Positions 48,660 through 61,779 of a stretch of DNA of 64,000 nt are shown here, in pieces. The notes beneath the pieces are model-generated. The model saw only the letters and a list, made by a program, of their open reading frames with translations. It made no database searches and had not been told where the DNA came from. The DNA lies in NCBI RefSeq assembly GCF_004010195.1, contig NC_057718.1:18757598-18821597 (forward strand). The letters run 5' to 3'. A program made the translations under genes and the position numbers. Source of the DNA: Chiloscyllium plagiosum. Lineage: Eukaryota. Within the stretch, counting starts at the first letter, position 1, and the number at the start of each line of letters is the position of its first letter.

Positions 48660-49800
48660 ACAAGATCACAAGATCAGAAGCAGAAGTAGTGCATCAAGTC
48701 TGCTTGGCCATTCAGTGAGATCATGTGTGATTTGATAGTGCTCAACTTCACTTTCCTGTGTTCCTCATATAACCCTTGATTCCCTTATGGATTAAAAATC
48801 TGTGTGTCTCAGATTTTAATATACTGAACAATGCAATCTCTACAGTTCTCTGCAGAAAATAAATCCTTGGTTTCTCTATCTTCTAAGAGAAAAAAATTCT
48901 TCTTTCATGTCTTAAATGATGTTAAAATTAGTCCTAGACCAGCCATAAGGGGGAAATTATCTCTCAGCAACTACATAGTCAAGCCACCTAAGAATCGTAT
49001 ATTTCTCTTGTTCTTCTAAACTTCAATGCATACAGGCTCATCCTGCTCAATCTCTCCTCATGAGAAAATTGCTCTGTATTTAGAATCTAAAAGTGCGGTG
49101 CTGGGAAAGCATAGCCAGTCAGGCAGCATCCCAGGAGCAGGAGAGTTGATGTTTCCAGCATAAGCTCTTCACTCAGTAGAACTTATGCTCGAAACGTCAA
49201 CTCTCCTGCTCCTCAGATTCTGCCTAACTGTCTGTACTTTGCCAACACCACACTTTTCGACTCTGATCTCGAGCAATTGCAGTCCTCGCTTTCTCCGGTA
49301 TCCAGAATCTACCTAGTCAACCTTCTCTGGATTGTCTCTATTGCCAGTCCTTAGGCAAGGGACCACAACTGTTCAAAGTACTCTAAGTATTATCTAAATA
49401 GGGCCTTACATAGTTTTAGCAAAACATCTCATTCTTTACATCTCATTGTTTTTGAAATAAATGCCAACATTCCATTTTCTTCCCCAGCACTGATCCCTGT
49501 GGCATTCCACTAAGTACAGTTTGCCATCCTGAAAATGTCTTCCTTATTAGGTGGTCTTCTGTTAGCCAATCCTTTATTTATTCTTATACACAACGAGCTC
49601 TTATTAATTAGCTTACGCTGCATCTTTTGGAGATCTAAATATATTACAATTACTGTTTTCCCTTTATATATCTTGCCTGTTATTTCAAAAAATTCTAATA
49701 AATTTGTCAGACATAATTTTTCCTTCATGAAACAATGTTAACTCTTTTTGCTTATATTGTGTGTTCTTATATGTTGTGCTGTTATAGCCTTATAATAGAC
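48660..49800 (-). mobile_element. Older CR1 fragments
   Basis: CLTNLLEFFEITGKIYKGKTVIVIYLDLQK (ORF 49510..49728) and a 3' tail near 48660. Confidence 0.7.
49090..49297. mobile_element. 208-bp fold-back Penelope mini-insertion
   Basis: Inverted arms gaggagcaggagagttgatgtttc..gcataag-type / cttatgctcgaaacgtcaactctcctgctcc, with the tail on the right arm. TSD gtatttagaatcta (49076-49089) / gtatccagaatcta (49298-49311). Confidence 0.85.
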
Positions 49801-49837
49801 TATTTTTCCTAATAAGAATGCTTTCTCATATCTAGTA

Positions 49838-50193
49838 CAGTAGCGCCTCGATATACGAACGACCCTGTTCACAAACAAATCAGTTTACGAATAGGATTAC
49901 ACGTAAAAATTTGCTTCAACGTATGTACGAAATTCAAGGTATGAACGAAGGTACGAACGCAAAAAGCTTGTGTGCGACCACATGGTTTCATTGTTCTGCT
50001 TTGCTACGTGCTTATTGAACGCAAAAGCTCTCGGGCCCCACGTGATCTCATTCAGTTCGTCTTTGGCGCGTGTGCTACATCCAAGCATTCTTACGCTATC
50101 CGAACAATGGGGAAAATTGATTCAGTTCGCGAACTTTTCGGTTCGCGAACCAGGTCCCGGAACGGATTAACTTCGTAAGTCGAGGCGCTACTG
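49838..50193. mobile_element. 356-bp Tigger/pogo-like MITE
   Basis: TIRs cagtagcgcctcgatatacgaa / ttcgtaagtcgaggcgctactg (outer 14 bp perfect), TA on both sides. Confidence 0.9.
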
Positions 50194-50729
50194 TATATCT
50201 TTTCTGCAATGTGGTCCTCAGAATTATCTTAAATGCTCTAGCTGAGGCCTAATTAGTATATTGGACCGTGACTTCACTGTATGCTCATCTAAAGACCCTA
50301 TCCTGATTGCTGCTGAGACCCTTATCAATACCATTGTTACCCCTCAGACTTGACTATTCTAAGTTTCTCCAGTTGATTGCCTATCTTCCATTCTCCTTGA
50401 ACTTAAGCTCATCCAAATTTCTGTTCCCTGTATCCTAACTCATAATAAATTTCAATCGCCCATCATCCTGTGTTACAGTTCTCTGCAATCTCAATTTTAA
50501 AATTCTCATCCCTGTTTTCAGCCTCCATCATCTTGTTTATTTCTGAAACTTCCTCCAATCTCAAAACCATCAAAAATTTTGCACTTCTGTACATCTTCTA
50601 TTTTAAACACTTTACAATTGGTGACTTTGCCTTTGCTTTTAAGACCTGAAGCTCTACTACAGCCTCCCTACTCCTCCCCACATCTTTACTTCACTTGCCT
50701 CCTTTAAGATGCTCCTCAAATACTATGTA

Positions 50730-51250
50730 GTCAGAGAGTCATAGAGAGCTACACCATGGAAACATTTGCTTCAACTTGGCCATGCCAACCAGATATCCTA
50801 AATTAATCTAGTCCTGTTTGCCAGCATTTGGCCCATATCCCTCTAAATTCTTCCTACTTGTGTACCCATCCAGATGCCTTTTAAATGTTGTAATTGTACC
50901 AGCCTCCACCACTTCCTCTGGCAGCTCATTCCATACTCTCTGCATGAAAACATTGTCCCTTATGTCTCTTATATATCTTTTCCCTCTCACCTTAAACTAT
51001 GCCCTCTAGCTTTGGAGTCTCCTAACCCGGGGAAAAGATCTTGGACATTCACCCTATCCCTGCCCCTCATGATTTTATAAACGCCTATAAGGTCAGCCCT
51101 CATCCTCTGATACTCCGTGGAAAACAGCCCCAGCCTATTCAGCCTTCCCTTATAACTCAAACCCTCCAACTCTGGCAGTATCCTTTTAAAACCTTTCTAA
51201 ATCCTTTCAAGTTTAACAACATCTTTCCTCGAGCAAGGAGACCAGAACTG
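50730..51250 (-). mobile_element. CR1 (HER1-like) 3' fragment inserted in an L2-like remnant (~50330-51325)
   Basis: RLNRLGLFS..RMRADLIGVYKIMRG and VWNELPEEVVEAGTITTFKRHLDG motifs. Confidence 0.85.
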
Positions 51251-52845
51251 AAGAATCTTTGATCAAGATTTTGATCATCTGTCCTCATGTCTGCTTATGT
51301 GGCTTGATGTCAAATTTTGTTTAAGGGGTGCCAATTAGGCCTTAGAACCAGAAACTTGAGATATGGATACTTGGTTAAGAGTGGCTAATGTTGGCGCTGT
51401 GGTTCTGAAACAGGCCCCTGAGAACCACAGTCAACATGCCAACAACGTTTCTAGATGGGCAGCCTGTTATTAAAAGTCATTCCATCCAAAAGAGTGGCTG
51501 AGGGAAAATTAAGTGCACCTTGAGGAACGGAGATCACAGTCTAAACTTGGTGAGTTTCTTTCCTAATTTATGATGCCTAGAAAGAAATAAAAGCATGTAA
51601 GTTGAGCTTGGCTACCATCCCACCAAAGTCTACCTCTCAGACAGTCCATCCTTTACCAGTCACCCCACAGTTTAGGCTGTTTTGTATTTGAACTGTGTTG
51701 CTTGAACATGTACGGAAAGGAAAGTGTGTTATTTTGTGTTGGGTCTAGAAATGGGGACTGCTGCCTTGTTGGTGCAATGCTGAGGATACCAAGCATAGTA
51801 TCTGAGCTACGTCAATGTTGTTGTTAGCAGTACCACATTCCTGCAAGTCCTGATTCCTTTTTTGGTTATTTTTATGTAAAGAAGATAGAAAAGAAAAACA
51901 TTTTCATGTGTAATTCCTTTACATGCAGGCTTCAGAAATTCTGACATGCGTTTGTTCCAAACTATTGTATAAAACAGATGTACAGCTGAATGTGTGTACC
52001 TTATCAGCCATAGCAATTTGTTAATCTCTGCTTTTCCCTAGGGGCACCGGATTGCCCCCTACACAGAGGCTTACATTGGTATCCTGGCAATAAGGTTAGT
52101 TCAGTACAGCAAATATTTCAGTACAAACATGAGAAATATGAATAGGGGTAGGCCATTCAGTGCTTTGAATCTGCTCCACCATTCAATATGATCATGATTG
52201 ATCTACTTCAACACCACCTTTCCACAATAGCACTATACCTGTTTGTTGTACCATGTGAAGTAATATTATTTCACCTTCTCCACATATTATTATCAACTGC
52301 AATTGAAATTTTAATACAATAAAATTTAATCTTATTATTATGGGATGAAATTCCCTGGAATGGATGATGTTGGTTTTCTTCTTAGGAAGTCTCAAATGTG
52401 TGCTGAATCTGACAGAAAGTGGAGACTTACGTTTCCTACTTCATTACGTTAATTTTGTTTACAATTATCGATTAATTAACAGGTCAGTTTGGATCTGCTA
52501 TGAGGCTTTGCTGCTCATATATTCATTCTATGATAACATTTGACATGAAGGAATACAACGTTAATATACAGATTCAATTCTACAGTAAGATATCTACTAA
52601 ACAATTGGGTATATTGGTTTTCTTATGTTTATGGAATATTCAAAGTAAAGGTTGAGCTTGGTCATGGACATGACTGGACTTAAGAAATTTCATTTCATGA
52701 TAGTACAGAAAATTGGTTCAAGTGTGAAGCTACAGACTGTAGTTTTGTGACTGGAGAGTGGAGGTGCAAAGCAAAGGCCAAGAACAACTCAACAAAGAAT
52801 GGGAGGAACTGTAGTTGAGGACTTGAGAGATGAGATGGTTGTGAA

Positions 52846-54360
52846 GCCTAACTACCCTGGCCAACCTATTGTCTCGGCATGCTCCTGTCCCACTGAACCC
52901 ATCTTATCCTACCTTGATTCCATCCTCTCCCCCTTAGTTTAGGCACTTCTCACCAACATCCACGACACCAAACACGCCTTTCATATCTTCAGCAACTTCC
53001 AGTTCCCCGGCCCACAGCACCTTCTCTTCACTATGAACATGCAATCCTTCTACATGTCTCTACCCCTCAAGGAGTAGGGCTGCCAGGCCCTCTGCTTCTT
53101 CCTCTCCAATAGACCCATCCAGTTCCCCCATCACCAATAACCTCCTCCATCTCGCCGAACTGGTCTTCACCCTCAATAACTTTTCCTTTAATCTTCCTAT
53201 TTCCTCCAAGTCCAGGAGGTGGCCATGGGTACCCGGATGGGCCCCAGCTATGCCTGCTTCTTTGTCGGACATATCCAACAGTGCCTCTTCAGTACCTATA
53301 CAGTACCCCAACTTTTCCACCATCACATTGATGACTGCATCCATGCAACGTCCTGTACCAAAGCTGAACTGGAGCAGTTCATCAACTTCGCCCACACCTG
53401 CCCTCAAATTCACTTAGTCCATCTCGGTCACCTTCCTCCCCTTTCTTGACCTCACCATTTCCATTTCTAGTGACAGTCTCTATAGTTTACATCCGTTACT
53501 CCCAATGCGGTCTCCTCTACAATGGGGAGACAGAACACCTACTCACAGAGCGTTTCAGAGAACATGTCCGGGACACCCACACCAACCAACCCCACCGCCC
53601 GGTGGCCGAACACTTCAACTCCCCCTCCCACTCTGCCGAGGACATGCAGGTCCTGGGCCTCCTCCATCACCACTCCCTTACCAGCCGACGTCTGGAAGAA
53701 GAACGCCTCAGCTTCCACTTTGGGACCCTCCAACCCCAGGGTATCAATGTGGATTTCACCAGCTTCCTCATTTCCCCTGCCCCCACCTTCACCCAGTTCC
53801 AACCTGCCAGCTCAGCACTGTCCTCATGACCTGCCCCATCTATCCATTTTCCTTCCCATCTACCTACTCCACCCTCCCCTCCAACCTATCACTTTTATCC
53901 CCACTTCCATCCACCTATTGCACTCTCAGCTACCTTCCCCCAAGCTCCACCCCCCGCCCATTTATCTCTCCACCCCTCCCAGGCTCCCAGCCTCATTCCG
54001 GATGAAGGGCTTTTGCCCGAAACGTCGATTTTCCTGCTCCTCAGATGCTGCCTGACCTGCTGTGCTTTTCCAGCAACACACTCTTGTCTCTAATCTCCAG
54101 CATCTGCAGTACTCACTTTCACTTGGATGTTTACTATAAACCTACCGACTCCTATAACTATCTGGACAGCAACTCCTTCCACCCAGTATCCTGCAAGAAC
54201 TCCATCCATTTTCTCAATTCCTCATCCTCCACCGCACCTGCTCAGAAGAGAAGACATTCCACTCCCAAGCATCCCAGATGTCCACCTATTTTGAACGACG
54301 TGCTTTTCTTCCCTCCATCATCCAGACAGCCCTCTGCCGCACCACCTCCTATTAATGTTC
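52846..54360 (+). mobile_element. Neptune-type Penelope RT fragment with a nested GIY-YIG/pLTR segment (~53481-54120)
   Basis: VAMGTRMGPSYACFFVG..HHIDD precedes 53480 and DVYYKPTDSYNYLD resumes after 54120. The insert encodes VYIRYSQCGLLYNGET..RFREH..VAEHFNSPSHS and has a hammerhead at 53995-54030 (core reads CGGATGA). Confidence 0.85.
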
Positions 54361-54479
54361 CTTGTCCATATTTGTTGCCACAACCCAAATGTATCAACCA
54401 TCTCACACAATGATGCCTGCTTTAGTGCATGACCTGCTGCACATGATTCATTGTCCATATAACTTGACAGCCCTGTCGA

Positions 54480-56165
54480 CATGAATGTGCAGTGTGGAAC
54501 AGGACATGGAAGGTATAGAATGTAAGGAAATTGATGGTGACATCATGAAAAATTTCCTTATTACAGAGGAGGAAGTGCTGGATGTCTTGAAATGCATAAA
54601 AGTGGATAAATTCCCAGGACCTGATCAGAACTCTGTGGGAAGCTAGGGAAGTAATTGCTGGGCCTCTTGCTAAGATATTTGTATCATCGATAGTCACAGG
54701 TGAGGTGCCGGAAGACTGGAGGTTGGCTAACGTGGTGCCACTGTTTAAGAAAGGTGGTAAGGACAAGCCAGGAAACTATAGACCGGTAAGTCTGACGTCG
54801 ATGGTTGGCTAGTTGTTGGAGGGAATCCTGATGTACTGGATGTACATGTATTCCAAAAGACAAGGACAGATTAGGGACAGTCAACATGGTTTTGTGCATG
54901 GAAAATCATGTCTCAAAAACCTGACTGATTTTTTTGAATAAGTAACAAAGAGGATTGATGAGGGCAGAACGGTGGATGTGATCTATATAGACTTCAGTAA
55001 GGTTTTCAACAAGGTTCCCCATGGAAGACTGGTTAGCAAGGTTAGAACTCATGGAATACAGGGAGAACTAGCCATTTGGATAAAGAACTGTCTCAAAGGT
55101 AAAAGACAGAGGGTGGTGGTGGAGGGTTGTTTTTCAGACTGGAGGCCTGTGACCAGTGGAGTGACACAAGGATTGGTGCTGGGTCCACTACTTTTCATTA
55201 TTTATATAAATGATTTGGATGTGCGCATAAGAGGTATAGTTAGCAAGTTTGCAAATGACACCAACATTGGAGGTGTAGTGGACAGTGAAGAAGGTTATCT
55301 CAGATTACAACAGATCTTGACCAGATGGGCTGAGAAGTGGCAGATGGAATTAATTTAGGTAAGTGTGAGGTGCTGCATTTTGGTAAAGCAAATCTTAGCA
55401 GGACTTATACACTTAATGATAAGGTCTTAGGGAGTGTTGGTGAACAAAGCAACCTTGGAGGTTTGTAGCTCCTTGAAAGTGGAGTTGCAGGTAGATAGGA
55501 TAGTGAAGAAGGCGTTTGGTATGCTTTCCTTTATTGGTCAGAGTACTGAGTACAGGAGTTGGGAGGTCATGTTCCGGCTGTACAGGACATTCGTTAGGCC
55601 ACTGTTGGAATATTGCATGTAATTCTGGTCTCCTTCCTGTTGGAAAGATGTTGTGAAACTTGAAAGGGTTCAGAAAAGATTTACAAGGATGTTGCCGGGG
55701 TTGGAGGATTTGAGCTATGGGGAGAGGTTGAATAGGCTAGGGCTGTTTTCCCTGGAGCGTCAGAGGCTGAGGGGTGACCTTATAGAGGTTTACAAAATCA
55801 TGAGGGGCATGGATAGGACAAATAGACAAAGTATTTTTCCTGGGGTGGGAGGGACCAGAACTAGAGGGAATAGGTTTAGAGTGAGAGGAGAAAGATATAA
55901 AAGAGATCTAAGGGGCAATGTTTTCACACAGAGGGTGGTACATGTATGGAATGAGCTGCCAGAGGAAGTGGTGGAGTCTGTTACAATTACAACATTTAAA
56001 AGGCATCTGGATGGGTATATGAATAGGAAGGGTTTGGAGGGATATGGGCCAGGTACTGGCGGGTGGGACTAGATTGGGTTGGGATATCTGGTCGGCATGG
56101 ATGAGTTGGACAGAAGGGTCTGTTTCCGTGCTGTACACCTCTATACTCTATGACTCTATGACTCT
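54480..56165 (+). mobile_element. CR1 (HER1-like) LINE ORF2, 5'-truncated
   Basis: TGEVPEDWRLANVVPLFKKG, DFSKVFNKVPH, SKFANDT and LERVQKRFTRMLPG motifs. (ctatgact)n tail. Confidence 0.92.
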
Positions 56166-56219
56166 TTGGAATGAGCAACCACAGCTTCCCAGATCAACTG
56201 TAGGCCTCTCAGTGAGCTT

Positions 56220-57130
56220 GTAATATATTCACATCCAGAATTGACTGCAAAACTGGTTAAAGCATACATTGTTCAAAAGGATCACCTCAGGGGTGCCATG
56301 TGTTGCAAATCGCTACTTGAAAGTTGCTTGTAACTTACGTGTAATTTCAAGTGCCTTCTAGGACCATACAGTTGCATTGCTGGCTGTAGACAGCATTTCC
56401 TCAACTACAGTTCACTATTTGATAATATAGCGACATATGTCCTGATGTCTCACTTAAATTTCATGAGATAACCATTGACCTAAGTATCAGCTTGCTAAAA
56501 AATTAGGTCTGGATCACTAAGTTTTTCTTGGAACACTTTGTGGGTTTCTTCTATTGTAGGCTATTCTACCTCATCAACCTCTTTGTGTATATAGCTATTT
56601 TGATTTTTTACTTTTCTGAAACTGTGTCCCACTTTCGCACATTTTCTGAAAGTCATCTATTATGTGACAGACAAAACATTCACTTTGAAAAGTGGGGCAT
56701 TGTCTGTGCCTGAGAGGCCTCCTTGCTCCACCATGCTGATGAAGATCTTTAGTGTCTAGTGCATGTCTTATACCATTGTCATAGTTGCTTACATGTTTTG
56801 TTGTGATTTTGTACCTCAAGAATTGAATGGACTCTGCTGTCGCTTGTGCCAAGATTGAATCTCTCCTCTTAGGATTGCTTGTTGTGTTTTCAGACAGCTG
56901 CATCACTTACCATGTGAATGGCTTTCTCAAGAGACAGGTCTTCTTTAGATTGCAATAAATCTGACAAAGACTTATCAGCAATTCCCACAAAAGTTCTGTC
57001 TCTTATGTATTCTCATTTTAAATTATCATAATTGTAATGCTACAATAGCACTAGTCTGTGGAGATCCTTAATGAAATCATTAATGGATTCCCCATGATGA
57101 TGAACTCTTTTAAGAAACTTATTTTATCAT
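56220..57130 (-). mobile_element. Decayed Gypsy gag/pol remnants
   Basis: Minus-strand VGIADKSLSDLLQSKEDL near 56940-57000, similar to the gag at 42780-42840. Confidence 0.5.
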
Positions 57131-58019
57131 TTATATTAAGGTTTTCTATCAGTAGGCAAAATTCATGAGGATAATGGGTGGATCCATCCCAGAAATCCCA
57201 GAACCACCTCAAAAATCGATTCATGGTGGCAATTAATCAAACAAATGCTGTTAACATAAATGGAATAGTTACAATCTCTGAGAAGCTGTTCATCCTATTC
57301 GAGGCTGGTTCACTCTTCTGTTTGCTGCTGATAAGCTCATACAGAGCCTAATGCCCCCTATATATCAAAACAAACACAGAAGCCAATGTTATCGCATAAT
57401 TCACCTAATAAAGGTGTTGGTGAGAATGAAAAAGGAGCATTTGGAAAACAAAAGGTAGTACCTGAAAATCAATAAGAGGATCTTGAGAAAGTCTCAAGTT
57501 GAACCTTTGACAAAAATAAATGACCCCTATTTTCGGTACTTCTTCAAAGATATTTGTTGTTTCTTTTACAACTTGACAAACATTAACACTGTAAGCTGTA
57601 CCAATTGTATTTAAAAAGTCCCATAACTTGTTCAACTTCTGATTTATTATATAATCTAGAAACAATTCTGTACCTTAAGATTATTTGTACAGAATGTCCA
57701 AATTTATGTTCTATTTGACCCAACTCTGAAATTAAATCTTCCTGACAATATTATTTCCAATGTCTTCCTAATGCACTTATTTACTTTACTTGTTTGAAAG
57801 GCTTTTATTTTGCTGTAACAGCAATGTTCATGTTTTGTGTTGCCCTACGGGAGGGTTTCTCCACATTTTACAAGCAAAATGGAGCTTTCCCGCCCTCTCA
57901 AGGCAAAAACAAATTTCCACAATTTTCAGATGGAATTAACGATTCCTGTCTTTTTCATGGCTTCACTGAATTGTTCCCATTTTCTTAACAGCTTTACTAA
58001 CTGGATCCTAGTTATCTGC

Positions 58020-59400
58020 AGCTGCAATCATTCCTGACATCTGGATAACAAGGATACATCTGTCAGGCTCCTACTTATTAACTACAGCTCCACCTTCAAG
58101 ATTATAATTCTAACCAAGCTAGTTTCCAAAGTCTAAGACCTTGGTCTCTGCTCCACCTTCTGCAACTGGATCCTCAACCTCCTGATCCACAGACTGCAAT
58201 CAATGAGATTAGGCAACAGCACCTCCTCCACAACAATCCTCAATACTGGTACCCCACAATACTGCATACTCGGTCCCTTACTATATTCTCTGTCCACTCA
58301 TGACTATGTGGTCAAACTTTGTCCTAACTCTACCTACTAATTTGCTGACAATACCACCATTGTAGGCCAGATCTCAAACAATAACAAGACAGAATACAGG
58401 AAAGAGATGGAGTGTTTGGTGGCATGGTGTAAAGATAACAATCTTTATGCCAACAAAATGAAACAACTGGACATTGACTTCAGGAAGCAAGATGGAAGGC
58501 ATGCCCCTATCTAAATCAATGGATCTGGGGTGGAGATGGTCAAGACCGTCAATTTTCTAGAAGTGTTGATCACCAAACATTTGTCTTGCGTTGAGAGTAT
58601 GGTGCTGGAAAAGCACAGCAGATCAGGCAGCATCTGAGGAGCAGGAGAATTGATGTTTCAGGCATAAGCCCTTCATCAGGATTCCTGATAAAGAACTTAT
58701 GCCTGAAACGTCGATTCTCCTGCTCCACGGATACTACCCGACCTGCTGTGCTTTTCCAGCACCACACTCTCGACTCTGATCTCCAGCATCTGCAATCCTC
58801 ACTTTCTCCTAATAATCTGTCCTGGTCCACCATGTTGATGCAATTGTTAAGAAAGCATAGCAATGCCTCTACTTCCTCAGGAGGCTCAGGAAATTTGACG
58901 TGTCCATAAAGACGCTAAACAATTTGAAAGATGTACCATAGAAAGCATTCTATCCAGATGCATCATGGCAACTGTGCTGCCCAAGACTGTAAGAAACTAC
59001 TGAGAGTTCTGAATACAGCCCAGTCCATCATGCAAGCCAACCTTCCATCCATTGACTCCATCTATACTTCTTGCTGCCTCAGAAAGCCAGCCAATGTAGT
59101 CAAAGACCTCTCTCACCCTGGTTATAATCTCTTCTAACCTCTTTAATCATGCAGAGGTACAAAAGCTTAAACATATGAACCAACAGTTTCAAGAACAGCT
59201 TCTTCCCTGCCTCTCAAATTTTAAATGTAATGTTGATCTCGCTCTTTGTGCACCTTCTCTGCAGCTGCAACATTTTATTCTTCACTCTGTTCTACCACCC
59301 TATTGCATTTTGTATGGTATGGTCTGCCCACAAAACCAAACTTTTCACTATACCTAGGTACGTGTGACAATAATAAATCAAAGCAAGACAAAATCAAATC
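58020..59400 (+). mobile_element. Rex1/Babar-type LINE RT fragment
   Basis: [28 protein letters not shown] and ADNTTIVG motifs. Tail gtgacaataataaatcaa. Confidence 0.85.
58590..58810. mobile_element. ~220-bp fold-back Penelope mini-insertion with two head-to-head hammerhead motifs
   Basis: Centre ...gcccttcatcagg-att-cctgataaagaacttatgcctgaaacgtc, ~90-bp inverted arms, tail on the right arm only. Confidence 0.88.
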
Positions 59401-60236
59401 TATTTAGCTTTAATAAATGATGCCCTCCTTATACAGTTCATGGTTTTGCTCAATGCCTCTGGCTTTGACATCATTGCTTGAACAGATCAACCCCAATACT
59501 TTATTGTTTCATTCTGACTGATCCCCATGTCTGCACCTTCATTTCTTCCTCAACTTTCAGGATGATTCCTGTTCTCTGTATTTTAAGTAAATGCTTTCAA
59601 CCTTCAATATTGTTTTAATGACATTTCTCCCACTTTCTGCAGACATAATAAAGTGTCCTAACTCTCCTTATCCACTAGATCAGGGCTGCTTAGGCTTCTG
59701 GGAGCTGCTCCTTTGTCACTTGAATTCTCATTTTATAACATCCTCAGGTCTGTGACCTTGGTTTAAATTGCTTTTATGGCCCTTGATTTCCCTTGCTGTA
59801 GCTTTACTTCATGATGCCCACCCACTATGGGAGTAATGCTCAATCCACGTTGTAAGTATTTTTTTTATTTTCCACTTTCCCAGCCTGGAGTCATGATCAT
59901 TTTTAAAGGTTTCCCATTGCCCACCAGGGATTTTAATTTTAGTCAAGGAACCTCAATGTCTATTCACTCTCTGGCAGACCACTATCATAAGATGCAGTCT
60001 GTACTTGCTTTGGAAAAACTAATTCTCCTCTCAGGGAATGCCCAACTCTCTTGCTGCAGCACGCCTCCTACCAGATCTGAAATGTTTTTGCTATTGATCG
60101 CAGGTTCTTGTTTTTGGAATCTTGTAACAAGTGTTTCTTGTGTGTGGTTCTTAAATGCTCAGCTCTTCTGCTGACTGTCTGAGTGAAGACGTATCTCAAA
60201 GTTGGGTCTAAAAAGGCTGAAAAATCTTTAGACCTT

Positions 60237-60520
60237 CACCGCCGCCACCATGTCATACGAGGCAACTAAATAAAACTGATCCACTGCTCACCATGTCGTT
60301 TGTACAGCTAAACTTAGCTATACAGCTAAAATGTCTGCACCTCACCACATGGAAGTTTGCTGTCATCATCCTCTTTACATGTCTGGAGTATCTTTGGTCT
60401 AGTGTGGTGGAGGAAACCACTTCTTGGCTAACCAGACAAGAGTCTTGCATTGAACAAAATATACATTAGTGCATGCTAGCAACTAGTTAAGGTTATATTG
60501 TTGTAGCGGATATTGTTACA
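60237..60520 (-). mobile_element. Candidate 5' LTR with adjacent primer-binding site
   Basis: The minus strand TGTAACA...TATGACA (60520-60251) is followed directly by TGGTGGCGGCGGTG. A partner LTR was not identified. Confidence 0.45.
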
Positions 60521-60699
60521 GAAACTACAATGGTGATCTTAAATAATCCTAACAGTATTTTATCCCTTTGTGTTTTACTCCTCTGAGTATCTTTATTCTC
60601 AAAGGTTCATATGACATCATCAAATGATTGGTGCTTTACACACTCAATATTAACTCTTTAAGACCCTTACACCCTTATCCAACAGTGGTGACTGCAGGC

Positions 60700-61120
60700 T
60701 CTATCAAATCAGATCAAAGTATCTTAAAGAAAAGAGTAGAAAGTGAAAGAGATTTAAAGAGGGAATTCCAGAGCTCAGAAGATAGCTGAAGGCACAGCCA
60801 CCAGTGATGGGGAAATAAAATTAGGGTTGCTTATGAGATTAGAATTAGATGGCTGCAGATATTTCAAAGTTTTCTGGGATTGGAAGAAATAATAGAGTAG
60901 GGAAAGGCATGTCTATGAAAGGATTTGAAAACATTGATGTGAATTATAAAATCAATGGGTTGCTTGACCATGAGCTATGTTGGCCAGTGAGGACAAGAAT
61001 GATGTGAGAATACAACATATTAGGAGCAAGGACATCAACAAAAGAGTCTTGGATGATCTTATATTTATTAACGGTAGAATGTGAGATGTTAGTCTGTTGT
61101 GCACTGGAATGGTCAAGTCT
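60700..61120 (-). mobile_element. Old L2-like fragment
   Basis: gagggaattccagagct..agctgaaggcacagccacc pattern, similar to 23300-23800. Confidence 0.55.
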
Positions 61121-61779
61121 ACTTCTCATTACACCATTTGACTAATAATAATTATTACTTAAGTATCCATAAGCAACCTGTTTAGACATGTTAGGACACA
61201 CCTGTAAGGTATGGCTGCCTATTGAGTTGGAATTGAACCCAAACCTTCTGAATGAAAAGAAGGGACAAAAGATCTGTGCCTCAACAGCCCCTTAAGGTAT
61301 CCTATATCCTGACTTTAACTACCTTTCCTTTAACTACTCAAGCTGTCAATCTTTATCTGTTCAAAATTATCCTTCTAGCTCTGATCCTGTATCCTCTTGT
61401 ACCTCCAGCCCTTCTCCATTAGTTCATCCTCACAGAAAGCCTTCCCACTGGTGGTAGAGTATAGACAATACACTCACTAATAAATCAAACACAAAAGTTA
61501 GGATAAGCAACTTTACTCAGAAAGTTCTGCAAGGATAGAACTTGCTAGCATATGCACTGGTTGAGGTAAATGACAAGATGCAATTAAGGGGCAGCTAAAT
61601 AGCTACACAATGAAGTAGGGAATACATGATCATGTTAATAAGGTAATAGAAAGACAGGAAAGTGGCTTATGGTGAGCACCAAAACTTGTATAGGGCTGAC
61701 CGGCCTGTTTCTGTGATGTCAATTTGAAGTAATCCTTTGTGAATTGGGCATGAAGCTCAACTCTTCCTCCTGCATTACT

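Noticed and set aside
53505..54055. Long Pro-rich ORFs (166 and 177 aa)
   Set aside because: Alternative frames over the C-rich Penelope GIY-YIG/pLTR segment.
57420..60236. Integrase/gag-like remnants flanking the Rex1 insertion, possibly belonging to the LTR at 60251
   Set aside because: Too degenerate to support by eye; needs a profile search.
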